In this document: positions 37,161 to 51,000 of the stretch, piece after piece
Layout: each line of letters starts with the position of its first letter
Position numbering within the stretch: the stretch's first letter is position 1
Translations under genes and position numbers: made by a program
The notes under the pieces: generated by a model
Databases searched by the model: none
Seen by the model: the letters and a program-made list of their open reading frames with translations, nothing else
Told to the model about the DNA's origin: nothing
Assembly: GCA_973895155.1 (NCBI GenBank)
Contig: OZ316895.1
Coordinates: forward strand, 2,529,659-2,593,658
Source of the DNA: Marsupella aquatica
Lineage: Eukaryota; Plantae; Marchantiophyta
Direction of reading: 5' to 3'
DNA: 64,000 nucleotides

Positions 37161-39068
37161 ACCTCGAGGCCGAACAACGCCACAAACCATTTGAACTGTC
37201 TTCCCAATGGACAGTGCCGGTACTATGAACAGCAATGCCACAGTCGCTGCATGATATCGCATTAACCGCCAACGATACTAATTATAATCGTATCACAAGA
37301 TCATAGCATCAATCATTAAATGGACGATGCCGCTTGAAAGCATCAACACTGTCCAATTCCGTGGACGATCAACAATCTACACAATCATAAAGAAATTAGA
37401 TTCTGGCATCACGGGAAAGATTGATGAATCAAACTGCGGAACCACAAGATTCAGGAGGAATTCCATGGGAGCCATAAATCTGCATAAATCTGCAGATTGT
37501 TGCATTCACCAATCACAACGCAGCCCTGCCTGCGAATTCTGTCCAAGCGAAACGTAGCTACATTATGCCCTCTAACTCTGTACGTTCATTCCCTCATATG
37601 CACTGCACTACGCAATGCATATATTTGATCGAAACACAGCTGAGCAGACGAGGAGATAGTAAACCCGTGGGAGTTTGTTGATGATCGATTGCATGAGTGA
37701 AGAAGGGTAATTCAGGAACTGAACATATACTTCGGGCAATCAGGGCGAAGTCTTGACATATTGCATGGCTTTCGCCATTTGGCAGCAAACATGGATTTGC
37801 CTATTTTAAAGATTGTTTCGACCGGCATTCTGTATATCACATTGGCATTGAACAAAAAGCACTAGCCTGGTGGAAACAATCTATATATCACGTTGGCAAA
37901 GAACAAAAAGCACTAGCGTGGTGGAGACAGGACACGCATATAAGAGAGAAAACCAGGAACCAACGACCCAAATGCTCGAGAGTCGTAGACAGGCGACGCG
38001 TAAACAGAGAAAACCAGGGACCAACGACCTAAATACTCCAGAGTCCCAACAACGGCAAAAGAATTACTGAATTGAAAAAATAATAATGAATTCTTCATTC
38101 CACTAAACCCCTTTTGGCTTACTTGTGAAGTACAGCATCGTCAGGATGGCAGTAAGACCCTCTCGAGTGCCATCTCTAGGATTAGATGCGTAAGCTCTCA
38201 ATTGATGTGTATCCTAATTGATATTTTGCAATGGGAAGGTTAGGGCAACTGCACTTGGTTTCAGAGCCAGCGAGAGTCAGATACAAGTCACGGCCAAACG
38301 CAGCGAATTTTTTTTTCTTCCTGCCAAAACTAGAAAGCCCAGTTGATATCCTGCCACTGGAAGAATGAAAACAAATTCTGACCGTTCAAAGGCATCGGAC
38401 CCGGGAAATAGATGATTTGTCATGCATCAAAAGGCCATGTACCAAATGGCGCTTGCTAGCATCCATTATACAAATTAAATTTCAAAAACTGTGTGCTAAC
38501 CGGATGTCCTCTTGATGAGCTTTTATATAATCCTTCAATTTCAACGTTAAATGGCAATATTTTAAAGTTCCCGAGGAAATATGGCGAGATGCCATCCTCT
38601 TATTTGTAAAACTCAATGGTCTCGAAATAATAAACGTTCCACCAGCAGCTCTAGTCCACAGACCAATTACGAGCCCACAGGTCAGGAGTCTGCTGTTCTC
38701 ATTCAACCTTGGAATTGGGTTGAAAACTGAATTGTCTCAATTGCGTAAATCCAATAACTTATTATGCAAAGCTAGTATTAATTGAAGGGGAAAAAATTTC
38801 ACCGCATTTTGCGGCAAGTGGAGGACTGCTGCTGCAGCCTAGGCCATCAAACCACAAAACCCTTCGGCTGCTATCAAATCACAGCAGTTGAATTGTTCCG
38901 AGACAATGTAGCTGACTACGTAAACATCGTCACTGCTTCAAAAATTAACAGAACTGTAGCAGAATCTTCTGCCTCAGGAAAAACAGCTAAGCCCGCTTTT
39001 GCAGCTCAGTTGAAACCAGATGATACACTTCTTACTCATTGTGGTCATTGAGGTCGACTACGGAAACA

Positions 39069-42000
39069 TCACCACCTCTTCAAATGTTGCAGCAACAAAA
39101 CAGCAGCAGAATCTTTTGCTTTCTTGACGCTCGGCATTGGCTCTCCTACACGTTCTTCAGTCCATCCACTTTCCGTCGTATGAACACGTACAGAATATGT
39201 GAACCGTTTTGCGTGTGCAGGACCACCTTCAGTAACACACCTGGAAAATGGGAGACCCATACTATTAGTTAACCCAAAGGCAGCATCAAGAGCATGCAAG
39301 GTCTTGTCAGATACATCGTGCGTCAAGTGACTACGCATCAATTCAAATTTAGGAAATACAGCTCACGACAAACCGGTTTCCTCTAACTCGACCAGCCATA
39401 ACAATATGTGCATCAGAAGTATTAGGCAATTACTTGTATTGTGGCATTGGCCATTGTCGTTTCAAGCATATGTCATTGAGGGTTTGCCGAGTGAATGGAG
39501 TCGTCTTCGTCAATGCCTTTCCAACCACCTCCCCATTCTCCAGAGCAGCTGCTTTGGCTGCAGCCTCCTTACTTGACTCTTTCTCTTTCAATATAACCAG
39601 GGCATTTCGGGCAGCCAATTTCTGAGCCATTTTTTTCTGCGGATTCTGTGCAGAACCAATTTGCACACCATCCACATAGACTTCAACAAAAGCAAGATTC
39701 CCCTGCCGAGAAGATTTGTATTCGAGCCCCTCTGCAAGCTGCTGGCAGCGTTCTTGTAGCTCCCGCACAGGATGCATTGGTAGCGTCTCTGGAGTCACCA
39801 TGGGTTGGAGCAAAGGCTCAAAAATCTGCACCAATAGTTATATTCAGAAAGAATTACAGCTCAAGATTAGAACATGAAACAGACTGTTATCGGTCATCTG
39901 ATGACAGTACCAGAACTAATCACTTTGATTCTGATATTGGTGTACAGGGCTATGCCTCACGATACTAATGTGGACACGACTGCTTTACTGAGACATTATC
40001 AAGCAATTAATTGGTCAAAACCATGGTCAAAACTAGATCGAGTGATTCCCAGAGTAACCGTCAAGAAGATATGAAAGAACTGACCTTCCAAACTTGATCT
40101 GTGTTCAGAGCTGTGTCCAAAAATGCGGCACCCGCTATAGACTCGAGAATATCTCCAAGTACCTTAGGAGCCTTGAAATCTCCGAGCCCGAAGGAGTTCA
40201 CACCAGGCTTATCTAACTCCGTCTGAATGTCCTTGACAAAATCATGGATCTGCAGATGACAAAACCACCTTAGGAATCACATGGCTCGTACTGACCGGAA
40301 AAATAACACTTGCAGACAAAGACCGATACATAACATCTGCATTTGTTGAAAATCTTGACAAGATCAGTAGAAAACAAAGACGACCATTTCAAGAATCAAT
40401 AGATAAAGGCATACCTGTGTTTCAAGAGCACTTGAGCCATGACGCAGATGTAAATGAAACTTATGTTTTACTGCCACTCGAGCAAAGTTTTCATTATTTA
40501 CAGCAGCTGCCCTCAGATCAGTCAAGCGACCCGGCGGCAAATCTGTGTAGCTAAAAAATAAGTGGCGGGTGATTAGGTGGTCAAGGACGGCATCACCCAC
40601 AAATTCCAGGCGCTGATAACAAGGGACACCTGAAGAGGGACGTGAAGCATGAGTAATGGCCTCAACTAACAAACTACGCTCGTTGAACTTGTGTCCAATA
40701 GCCCCCTCCACACCATCAAAATCAATACTCCTCAACACACTCTCAGGTACTGTGGAGCCTACTCTGGCCTGAAGACCATCAGCAGGATCAAACTCCACAG
40801 GAATACCAATCCAATTCATCAAATGTGTGGCAGCCTTTTGTCCACCTTCCACATAATAAACTCCAATGAGAGCCTCTACGACATCCGCCAGAGTCTTGCT
40901 AGAGAGAACCCTGTAAGCACTTGAGTCTCCTTCAATTTCTCCATCTTCCATATAATCATCTTCTATAATCTCGTCAACAACTGTTTGTACAGGTTTGCCA
41001 TTTGCATCCTTCCCGTTAGAATCCATCCCGTTAGCATCCTTCCCGTTAGCATCCTTCCCGCTGGCATTTTTCCCGTTAGCATCCTTCCCATTTGCATCCT
41101 CCTTGACAGGGTCGTCTACTTTAGTTTCTGTCGCTTCAGCTTCATCTGGATCCTTAGTTTCTTCATCAAACACAGGCGGAACCCCTGGGGCTGCCCATCT
41201 CGATGGAGCAAAGCGATCTGCTTGTATGTAGCTTTGCAAGCCCTTCTCCAATGCATATTGGTAAAGCACCGAGTTGCTGACAGTTTGTTGTCTCATGCGA
41301 GTCAGTTGGCCCTCATGTTTGCTGGGATATGTAAGAAAAAGCCTCCTACTCACAACCCATTTCAAATACGCATCTCCCAGTAATTCAGCGCGTTCATAGC
41401 AGAACGTTTCTTGACATGATGCTGCAGTCAAAGCCTCCAACACCTGCAAATGAACAAATATGAGAAACAAAGATTCAGTCACATCTTGAGAATAGACTCT
41501 TATTGATCCAGGTAGAAGTACACAAGATTGGACAGACCTCCAGTCACGACGCCCATGGTTTAGAATCTTATGTCAACAAGATGTATTCGACAAGAAACGA
41601 CACAAAAAATTTACTAAGAATGTTCAAGCTTTCATAAAGCCAGACTTCTAGACAACGAAGCCTTCCATCAATCCTAAAATCTGAAACTTGGCACAGAATT
41701 AGCGTTATCGAACCTTAGAGGCAGGAATTGTGTATGCAATTTGATGCTTCAGCTGCACTGCCAACAGCATACTCTCCACCCGCCTCATCACAGATGGAAG
41801 GCGCTGTGCGCCTCGGACTAACGGCCCTGGAAGTGGATGCACCAAGCACAGCTCTGGGGGAAGCATAACATAGTATGTCTTGTCCAGTGGCTCTTCTGAA
41901 TTCCCTGCAGTACCTGAGGAAACATGACTTGTGTCAAAAATTGCAGCCGAAGTCTTAAGAACCACATAATAACAACGAATGTCAAGCTAGGCAGGTAGAC

Positions 42001-45000
42001 TCCAATTCAAGCGCAGGAAAAAAGATCTCCTCGTTATGCTAATACTACCATCAGATGACTCGAATCGAGGAGACAGTAGATTTTTGCAGTGCGATACTCC
42101 TCGGCCCCTGATAAGTGCTTGCTTCTTACAAACAAGGTCCACTCCATACCTGTTGGCATTGCCAAAATGTAAAGAATTTCAGATAAATAAATGCTATAAA
42201 TAATGTGTCTTCCAGACTAGTGACCAATGAGCCACTCTGACTATCATCCACGCGAGTTTAGGATCCAGAAACAAGCATCATTGACAGATGCACAGAAATG
42301 ACTTCTTGTAGTAATTCTTACTTCTGTTTGTAATAATCTGCATATGACGTGTACTCCAGCGGACCAAGATAGCCATCCTTTCGAGGAAATGAACTCTCGC
42401 AATTCATCTCAAACCGCACCGATTCCACATAAAACCGTTTTCCTGAATGAGCTGCGGTGACAACTCTACCTACCAATCCATCTATATCCATCAATCCGTC
42501 AGCCATGAGCAATTTCCCTTCCACAGGCTCCTGCTCTTGTATAATCTCCACTATCTCACGTGAAGGGACAAGACCGGAAGCTTTGACTGTATCAAATGGA
42601 GCAACCGCTCCTCTGATTCCATACGTGGGATGGGCTTTGAGACCAAAAGCCTGTCCGTATCGCAGTTTCCCAAAACCATATTCTCTACGGTCACCTCCAA
42701 GTGCCCGCTCATCTGTCCCAAGATAAACATCTGGCCTTGCTCGCTGCAGAGGGTTATTCCAGGCTTCAGTGGTCAAGGTATTGTCAACAAGTGTCCAGTT
42801 CACCAAAGCTGCTGGTTCTACATCAGCTTTGTCCTCTATTGGAACAAAAAGATATGCTTTTACTGGATCCCAAGGAGTTGTAGCAGGTTCCACGTCCACA
42901 TCAAGAACAATGCTCATAAGCCTCACATGGAAGCTTTTCAACTTTGTCAGCTGCAGACACCACGACATTCAAGATAAGCAATTCTTCAATGAATCCCTCC
43001 AACATGCATACTTATGGCCTCCCTTTCAAGTTTTAATTTGGACCAAACTCTTCCGAGTCAAAAACACCAGCGCTAACGTAAGTATCCCTGACATACCTGA
43101 GTTATGGTCAATTCAATGGAATTGCAGAAGAGGAGCGAAGCTTTTGTTGTCATAGTACGAGCAACAAATAGGTCCATTGTCATGGTCAGCACCTGCACGA
43201 TGTTTCGGAACAAAACACTTTAAGATCACAAACCATGCAGGAAATCTCAGAAGATAGTCAAAAATCTATATGCCCTGACGCCCATACAGCACACTTCTAT
43301 CCTCTAAAGGATAGATCCTGTACCAACACATCCTCATGAGGCTGGAGACCAACCTCCAACACCTTCCATAAGACTCTCGTACCAAAATACATTTAAATCA
43401 AAGATCCATGAACTTGAAAGGCATGAAGAAATTCACAACTATTCTGTGGCATGGAACTCAAAGCGGGAAGCTACGTGCCATGCTGGAACAACATCAAAAG
43501 CATTTTCGCTTTAGAAATTACCTCGGGATCTAACTCTCTTCCAAAGAATAGTGCAAAGTCTGAGGTTTCCGTCAAAAGAGTATCTTTCGAAAACCCTATA
43601 TTTTCACACACAACTTTGTACATGAAAAGTGAGACTGTTCTCTCATTAGCGTCAACGTCTGCAGTTTCCTTGATCCAGTCACCCTGTAGACATACCGGTG
43701 ACAACAGCAAAAACGAAACAACGCATGAATATGAAAAATAAATATCACAGCGAATTTGGTAATTTGACACCCCTTGCTGAGATGTGTATATGCCAAGCTT
43801 ACAATATGCCAAGCTGCTATGAACAAACGTGCAAACTGAGAGGGGCTTATGAACGATGATTGTAACTCCTGTGGACAACAGGGGTTTATCAGCTATTCGA
43901 AATTCAAGGGCAATCAAATATAGTTTTGTTTTACTTATGACAAAGCTCATGATAGCGTGACCAGTTCCTCACAGCACCACCATTTTTCATCTTGCCACTA
44001 CGAGAGCTGCACTCTAACCCATCACTCCACAACTAGTGCTTGGCCAGCTTCAGTGGATCCATATAATCAACCTTATGTAAACAAAGGCTCCCTGCTTTCG
44101 AGATTGAAAATCATCGAGTCTTTGTTCCCATATACCTCAAGAGTCCAAATTATACACTTAGTGCCAAATTTGTGCTGTGATGGAGGACAGACAAGCTGGA
44201 AACTGTGTGAACAGCCAGCCAAGGACTAATCCTTTGACGGCCCAACAACACCGACTGTACCGAACTTCATAATCAACGCAGTTGAATGTTCTCTGCTGCA
44301 AAGTTCCATACAATAAAATCAACTGCATCGAAACTGAAGATAGCCAACATTGTTGACATATCCCAATTCTGCTGCACCCAATTTTGTTGTGAGCAACCTT
44401 ATAGTGAGTAGAAGCATCAGGTGAGACCTGGATGGTCCGTATAGTTCATCACAGAGTCTCTGACATATATAGTTACAAGAAACAACACTTCACAAAGTTA
44501 TGGTTCCCATCAGATAATTACATGCGAGCCATAAATTATCAAACACTGTTCTCACCTGGAGTACTTCAGCGATCCCTTCAGGATAGTATTCTCTATGGCG
44601 AGCAGTTCCTGGAATAGGCTCACCCTCATCACTGTCTTCAAGTTTCTCAGTTTCTTCTCCAGTTCCCTTATCTGGTAAAAGCATATCCGTAAAAGCACCC
44701 ATCTCATGAAGCTTCTTGCATGCCTCGAGGCAGACAGCCTGTGCCAACACAAGTCACTCTGGTCAAATGGAAAAGTTCCACACAGATCACTGCCGGTCAA
44801 CAAAACAGAGAATTATGAGTAAAGTCAGCGTATCAGACACTCCAACAGAAAGCCCAACCCCATAAAAACTAAAACACTTAATTGAGAGGTTGGTCAGAGC
44901 AACCTGTTGTGCGCCTCTGATGGAAGAACACAAAGGGCCCTCCACAGTTTCGATTGGGGCATTGCATGGAAGCTGCAGCTTGCAAGAATACTTTGCAGTA

Positions 45001-48000
45001 CCACCATCTTTATCATGCTGGCTCATGATGAATTCAGGTCTTAGTATAGAATACCTGTGAAGGGTTCATTTTGGAAAACTTAGATTGCAATTTCAAAACC
45101 AACACCTGCATAAAACTGGCATCCAATAGCAGCGGGAAAAGTGTAATATAATCAGACTGAGACTAGTTCAGAGTTCATTCAAGAAGGCAACTTTTCAAAC
45201 CACTAGAAGCTAAGACGCAGCGAGGAATTAGACATCATTGCCTGATGATAAGAGACAGTTACTGTGGATTGAACTCTGAGGTATAAGAGAGCCATCAATT
45301 GTGTTTAACATGTTTGCTCAAGTTCATGTTGCCGTTAAGTGTCCCATTTGTGTTCATTGGAAAACGTAAGTCTGAGCGTGGCAAGAAAGAAGACCCCCTA
45401 GACACTTTGTGCAATGCACCACGTTGTGTTCATTGGAAAACCTGAATCTGAGTGTCGCAAGAAAGAAGACCCCGTAGACAAAGTGCAATGCACCACGAAG
45501 GAGGGTGAACAAGAGAGAATTCGAGGTCCATTGAAAACACAGATGAAGTCATGACGGGATTTATCCCAGACGATAACAGCATCATTTTGTTTGGCCTTTG
45601 ACCGCAAGACCTTCGACGTGGCCTATCAACCACCATACTAGATATTTTAACATAAGGAATAGCGCATGCATCTGCTCATTCGAAGGTAGGTGGAGAATAC
45701 CTGTCCGTGGGCAGCTGAGAGCAGTAGAAATGGATGAGACCCACTGCAGAGTTCAAGCTCACCATGGCACCAGTAGATGGCACCTGATACACCTCTCCAT
45801 CAACAGTCTCAAGCGAGGCCAATAGTGCAGCCTCTTTAACAACACTTAGTTCAGTTCTCTCAATGGCTTCTCGTCGAAGTGTTTCCTCACTATTCCTAGC
45901 ATTCCGAAGAAATGCCTCGTGAGTGGTATTGCCCCTGAACAGTACACCGGTTTCCCACATTAGTCATGAGGAGGTGTGAAACATCCATCACCGGGCATAC
46001 CAAGATACCAAGATAGGAAAGAATAGTTCCCTGAACTCGCAGCAGACTTACCGCTCAAGCATCAGCACATAATCTGAACCAGGCTTACGCGCTCGACCTC
46101 TTGACTGGATATAAGCCAAAACGGTCTTGGCAAGATCAAACCGAATAACTACATTGCATTGTCGAATATCCAATCCTTCCTCGGCAACACTAGTTGCCAC
46201 CAACAAGGTAACCTGAGCCATCAACACCCCCAGTTTCAGGACAAAGACCCAGAGACAAGAATATATCAAGTATACACTGACGGTAAACTAAGTTACTCAG
46301 GAAATGGAGATGCAAAATTAATAATTGCCAACTTAATATACCCGGCCATCTCGGAACTTGGCGATTGTGTCCTGCATTTGCCGAGTACGCATGTCCTGAT
46401 TATTGTTGTGACCAATCAAACTCGCACACTTCACGAACTTCAGTGAAGGTAGCTCCGCAAATACCTTCACAAACAATACATTCAATAACCCATATATGAC
46501 ACCATTAGCGTGAGGTTATGATATGCTGTCTTCTTTGCATCAGTCCCCTCATGGCAAATTTGGAGACCTGTGTCAAAGGAAACCCAAAAACTCCTCCGTT
46601 CTGAATTGTAGGAGCCTACAGCTTCTACAAGTCCTCTTATTCAGGCCGAGAATGGAACTACCATCTCAAAGAGACATCATCTTTTCTGCTTTCAACCTAT
46701 CACAATCCTTATCTTTCAACCACGTTTTCAATCACCTTAGGTAAAATCAAAGCAGCCACCACCCGTTCGACAAATATAATTGCTCTAAAGTCGTCAGTGT
46801 GTTGATACCCAAGGAGAATCTTTATTAAAGACTGGACTTTGGGGGTAACTTTGCCATCTGCAACAGCTGCTCCAAGAACCTCGTCCACATGCTCACCCCC
46901 AGAAACCACTGCAACAGACGGGAAAGCAACGTCACATTTACCTACCGAACAAAAGCAAGCAGAGATTATAGATTCTGAGGCATTAACATCACAAAAAACT
47001 TCCAACTGTTGTTTGCATCTCAGGACGAAAACGTCACAGACCAACAAAGGACGAGGTCGTAGCTCTCAGCAATCTGACATATTCTTCAGATTCTTACATG
47101 ATTCTGGTGGGAATGTAATCTCCAGCTTGCAGAAATGTATATGCCCTCAAAAATACTTGCAACCTCTCAACACATTCTCCGAACCAGAACAAGACATAAG
47201 GGGTGCTTACCTTGTGTGTCCGGAAGCTCCCCTTCCTCTACTTCTTCTGGCACCTTCTCTTCCTTGTTGTCCCCTTCTGCATCAGACTCCCCATCGCCAT
47301 CTTTTGAGCCCACAGCTCCCTCTGCCAATCGACATTTTAAAAGGGCCACTACTTGCTTCAAATAAGATTCTTGGAACTTGACGTCTAATTGATGATTGGC
47401 TCTTTCATCATTCCGCAAGCTTGTGAGGAAAGTTGACGCCACCTGCGAGAATAATAAGCACATAAAACCCACTTGATTTACTGCCGGCTTCAGGGGCATG
47501 GCTTAACGTCGCCAACCACTATCATGGCCATTACACTCGCCTGAAATGTTATGTCATTGTTTATAACAAGAGAAAGCATTCGCCAAGTACACATCATAGT
47601 TGCACATTTGAGTCCATGCCTGTAATGTCAGAGTTCTGCTTAGAGCCTACAGAACAGGCTAACATGCTGTAACTTCCGTGGGTGAAAGACGAGAAAAAAA
47701 ATCTAGGAAAGAGTTGCAATTCAAGAGTCTGGTTTCTAACTCCTTTGAGAGGCTGGTGGACTCCAGGTTGAATGAGACAGATTGTTATTTTCTATCCACA
47801 ACAACGTGGACGGTATAAGTTGGTTTAACCACAACATCTATAACCCAAGGACGACAAAGCCAACGAAGACAAAGCCGAGAGATTGCGAAGCGAGTGATCC
47901 AACCTTGAAGGCACACCACTGACCAAGCTCATCCAGTGCATAAATGACAGCCCGTAACTTCTGTCCTAGACTTGCAGCTCCATCACTTTCTGTTCTCTCA

Positions 48001-51000
48001 GACACACCATAGACAAGTCGTAGTTCTTCTTTAGCCCCGGCATGTTGAGCACCCATAAACCGCCACTTACTGCGCTTCGAACTTGCATTTGCTGCTTCTT
48101 CCACTTGTGCTTCCATTCGCTTTATTTGCTCCCGCAGAGACCACAATGTTGCAGCTTTATCATACTCGACGAGGCTCTCTGACGGGGTGGGCACATGCAA
48201 CTCCAGTTCTTTGCGATCTTTGATCGTACAGACAATGGAGTCGAGCTTGCTTTCAAGATTTCGAATCTTAATGGCACAATCCTCCTGGTTAGAAACTCCT
48301 GTCAAATGTGCAGTCCAGATAGGTGAACTGTCAACCGCCTAGGTCATGCAAACTGAATCCAAGTCCTCTTGTCAACATTTAACCTTAATGAATAACAACA
48401 ATAATAACGACGATAACGACTCTCCCACTGTCTAGAGGAGAAGACAAAGCGTACTATTGACAACTGCATCGACAATTACGTGGGGAACTAATATCACCGC
48501 ACAAGCAAAAGATAACAATATAGTAAGCCACAAATGGAACAATATAGAATTTCTTCGGTGTCAATCTTACTGTCGTACATTTCTAATCCAACATTATAAA
48601 CTTCTGCAGAATTCATTTCCTACCCTTTAAATTGACTGGAGACGCTGTCATTCCAAAAACAGCTGGTCTGCTCTCCTTTGCAGTGATGTGGTAAAATTCT
48701 GACATCACCAATGAGTATGGATGCTTCTTCACGGCATGATGGCACTCGTCCAGAATAAGGAGGTGGATGGCATCCATCCGTACAATGCTATGCCTCAAAA
48801 TGTTAAGCAGAATTTGTGCTGTCATCACAAGGACCTGTAGCCCCACCAAAGTTACAATCAAGAGAACCACCAGTCGCTACTACAACATCCAAATTCGGGT
48901 ACAAGAACCGTCGCTTCACCAATTCAACATATAGCATAGCGTTGGTCTCGCACAATTTGCACGGCAGTAAGATTCAGTACCTTATGATCTCGAATAGCAT
49001 CAAAGGAGCATAAAATTTCAGGAAAGCCATGTTTAACCCAATGTATTGATAATTCCCAAGTGTAAAGATTATACTCGGCGCATGCTTCACGGCCCTTTGA
49101 AGAGAGCAAATTAAGCAGATGGAAGCTCTGCAGTTTTGGAGCTCACAAATTGCAGAGTTTTCATTTGTTTGACTTGTTCTCTCAGAGGCACCAATGGCAT
49201 CGGGATCCCAGAAGTCAATTTCTAAGGTCAACTCCGAAAAGCACAAATTTGCATTGCAGTAACAAAAACGTCAAAGTCAACATTCAAGACTAACTTACAT
49301 CCTTCGTTTCAAACTCACGTTGCCATCTTCGGGCATCCCAGAAGTCTTGACCCATCTCTCCACAGTAGTGACCCACATGAAAGCCAGTCCCGTCACGGAT
49401 CACCTCTGCTTGCTGCAGACGTTAAAAACATTCATCAGAATCTCAGCTGAGTATGAGAAACCAGCGTGTACATAGAGATGTGGAGTATGCAAGGTATTGA
49501 TGAACAAGAGGTCTCCATGCAATGCTTCAAGTGAGTGCTCGACCGGTGCTTGACGACCTCTCCCTTGGTGCTATGTATTAAGAGGATTGGTGATTCAGCT
49601 GACAGATAAGTTCAAAAGTCACTACACTGAACTCACCTCCGCCTTGGCGCTACATATTAATAGGATTGATAATTCAGCTGAGAGATCAATTCAATAGTCA
49701 CTACACGAAACCGAACCGATCAGTATTGAATCAAGTATAACCCTAGCATTGAACGAGAGGAGCTCATGTATATACAATGCTTCAAGTTAATGCTGAACAC
49801 GTGCTTGACTACCTCTCGCTTGGCGCTACATATTCAGAGGTTTGGTGATTCAGCTGACCACTAAGTTCAATAGTCACACACTACACTGAACGGATCAGCA
49901 TTGAATCACGAATAACCCTAGCATTATAAGAATTCCCATTTGGCTTTCTTTTCGTGTTTAATTAAATCAGTAAGGTCAAGTCTAAAGGGAAGCAGGAATC
50001 CGAAAATCGTACAGATAGTTGTACCTGATACACAAGAGGAACCTTGGGAACAAGGAAAACAGCCAGCATCTTTTTCCGCTCCTTGCGCATCAATTCATAC
50101 TTGCTCTTCATGAGCAAGACTGCAATAAGAGTCTTGCCGGCTCCGGTTTCCAAAAATGCAATTGTATTCTTTTCTTTCGCTTGATCCAGTACTTCGAGCT
50201 GATATTTGCGAGCTCGTTCCTCTCCAGCTCGTTCCTTCGGCGGCCCAGACGGTTTAGCAGCCCTTTGGGCGCTGCTCTCTCCGCCATTCCTCTCCCTCAA
50301 TCTAGCTCGTTCTCGCTCTCTCTCCGCCTCACGCATTCTGGACCTATACACAATTCTCCCACTGCCGTCTCTGTCATATGGGAGCCTACAGTCTCTCTCC
50401 CTTTCTCTCCGCATGACTCTATCATCTCTTCCCCTCCCACCGCCTCGTCGTTCATCCCTTCGAGAGGCGTCAATAGCTTCGAGTCTTCTGTCCTCCCTGA
50501 GATTTCTCTCGCGAATGGACTCGATGTCTTCCGGCCGCCGGTCATCCCCGTGGTCCCTATCCCGAGAGTCGAGCATGACATCAACTCGTCGATCATCCCT
50601 CGGCAGCGGCCTGTCTCGAGATGGCTCGATAGGATCAACTCTCCTGTCATCTCTACCTCTGCTTGCGGGATCAACTCGACGATCTCGTGAGGTCTCAGCA
50701 AGATCAATTTTATTATCATCCTTCGGCCTCTCTCTGCCGTCCCAACCGGATTCGAACGGGACGACTCCCTTATCATCCCTCGCCCTCTCCCGCGGATCTT
50801 CTTTCAATCTATCTCGCTGTACAAGCTGGTCGACTCTGCTGCGCTCACTAACAATCCTGTCTCGAGGAGAGACGATAGCTTGATCTCTAGACTTGGACTT
50901 ATCGACATCGTCATCATCTCTAATCCTTTTCCTTCGATCATCTCTGTCATAGTGACCGGCAACTGAACTCAGTCTAGCTCCTTTCCCGGGGAATTCCTCC

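Noticed and set aside
46606-46630. Small hairpin TTGTAGGAGC/GCTTCTACAA in DCL1 intron 6
   Set aside because: Only 10 bp, with an A.C mismatch on the transcribed strand; too short for a pre-miRNA.
47719-47773. Fold-back in DCL1 intron 4
   Set aside because: Relies on G.U pairs of the non-transcribed strand, which become mismatches in the pre-mRNA.
49201-49216. 16-nt echo of DCL1 exon 2 (DFWD codons) in intron 2
   Set aside because: Similarity does not extend on either side and there are no flanking splice sites.
50019-50883. Two antisense ORFs of >220 aa opposite DCL1 exon 1
   Set aside because: S/L/R-rich shadows of the R/D repeat coding strand.
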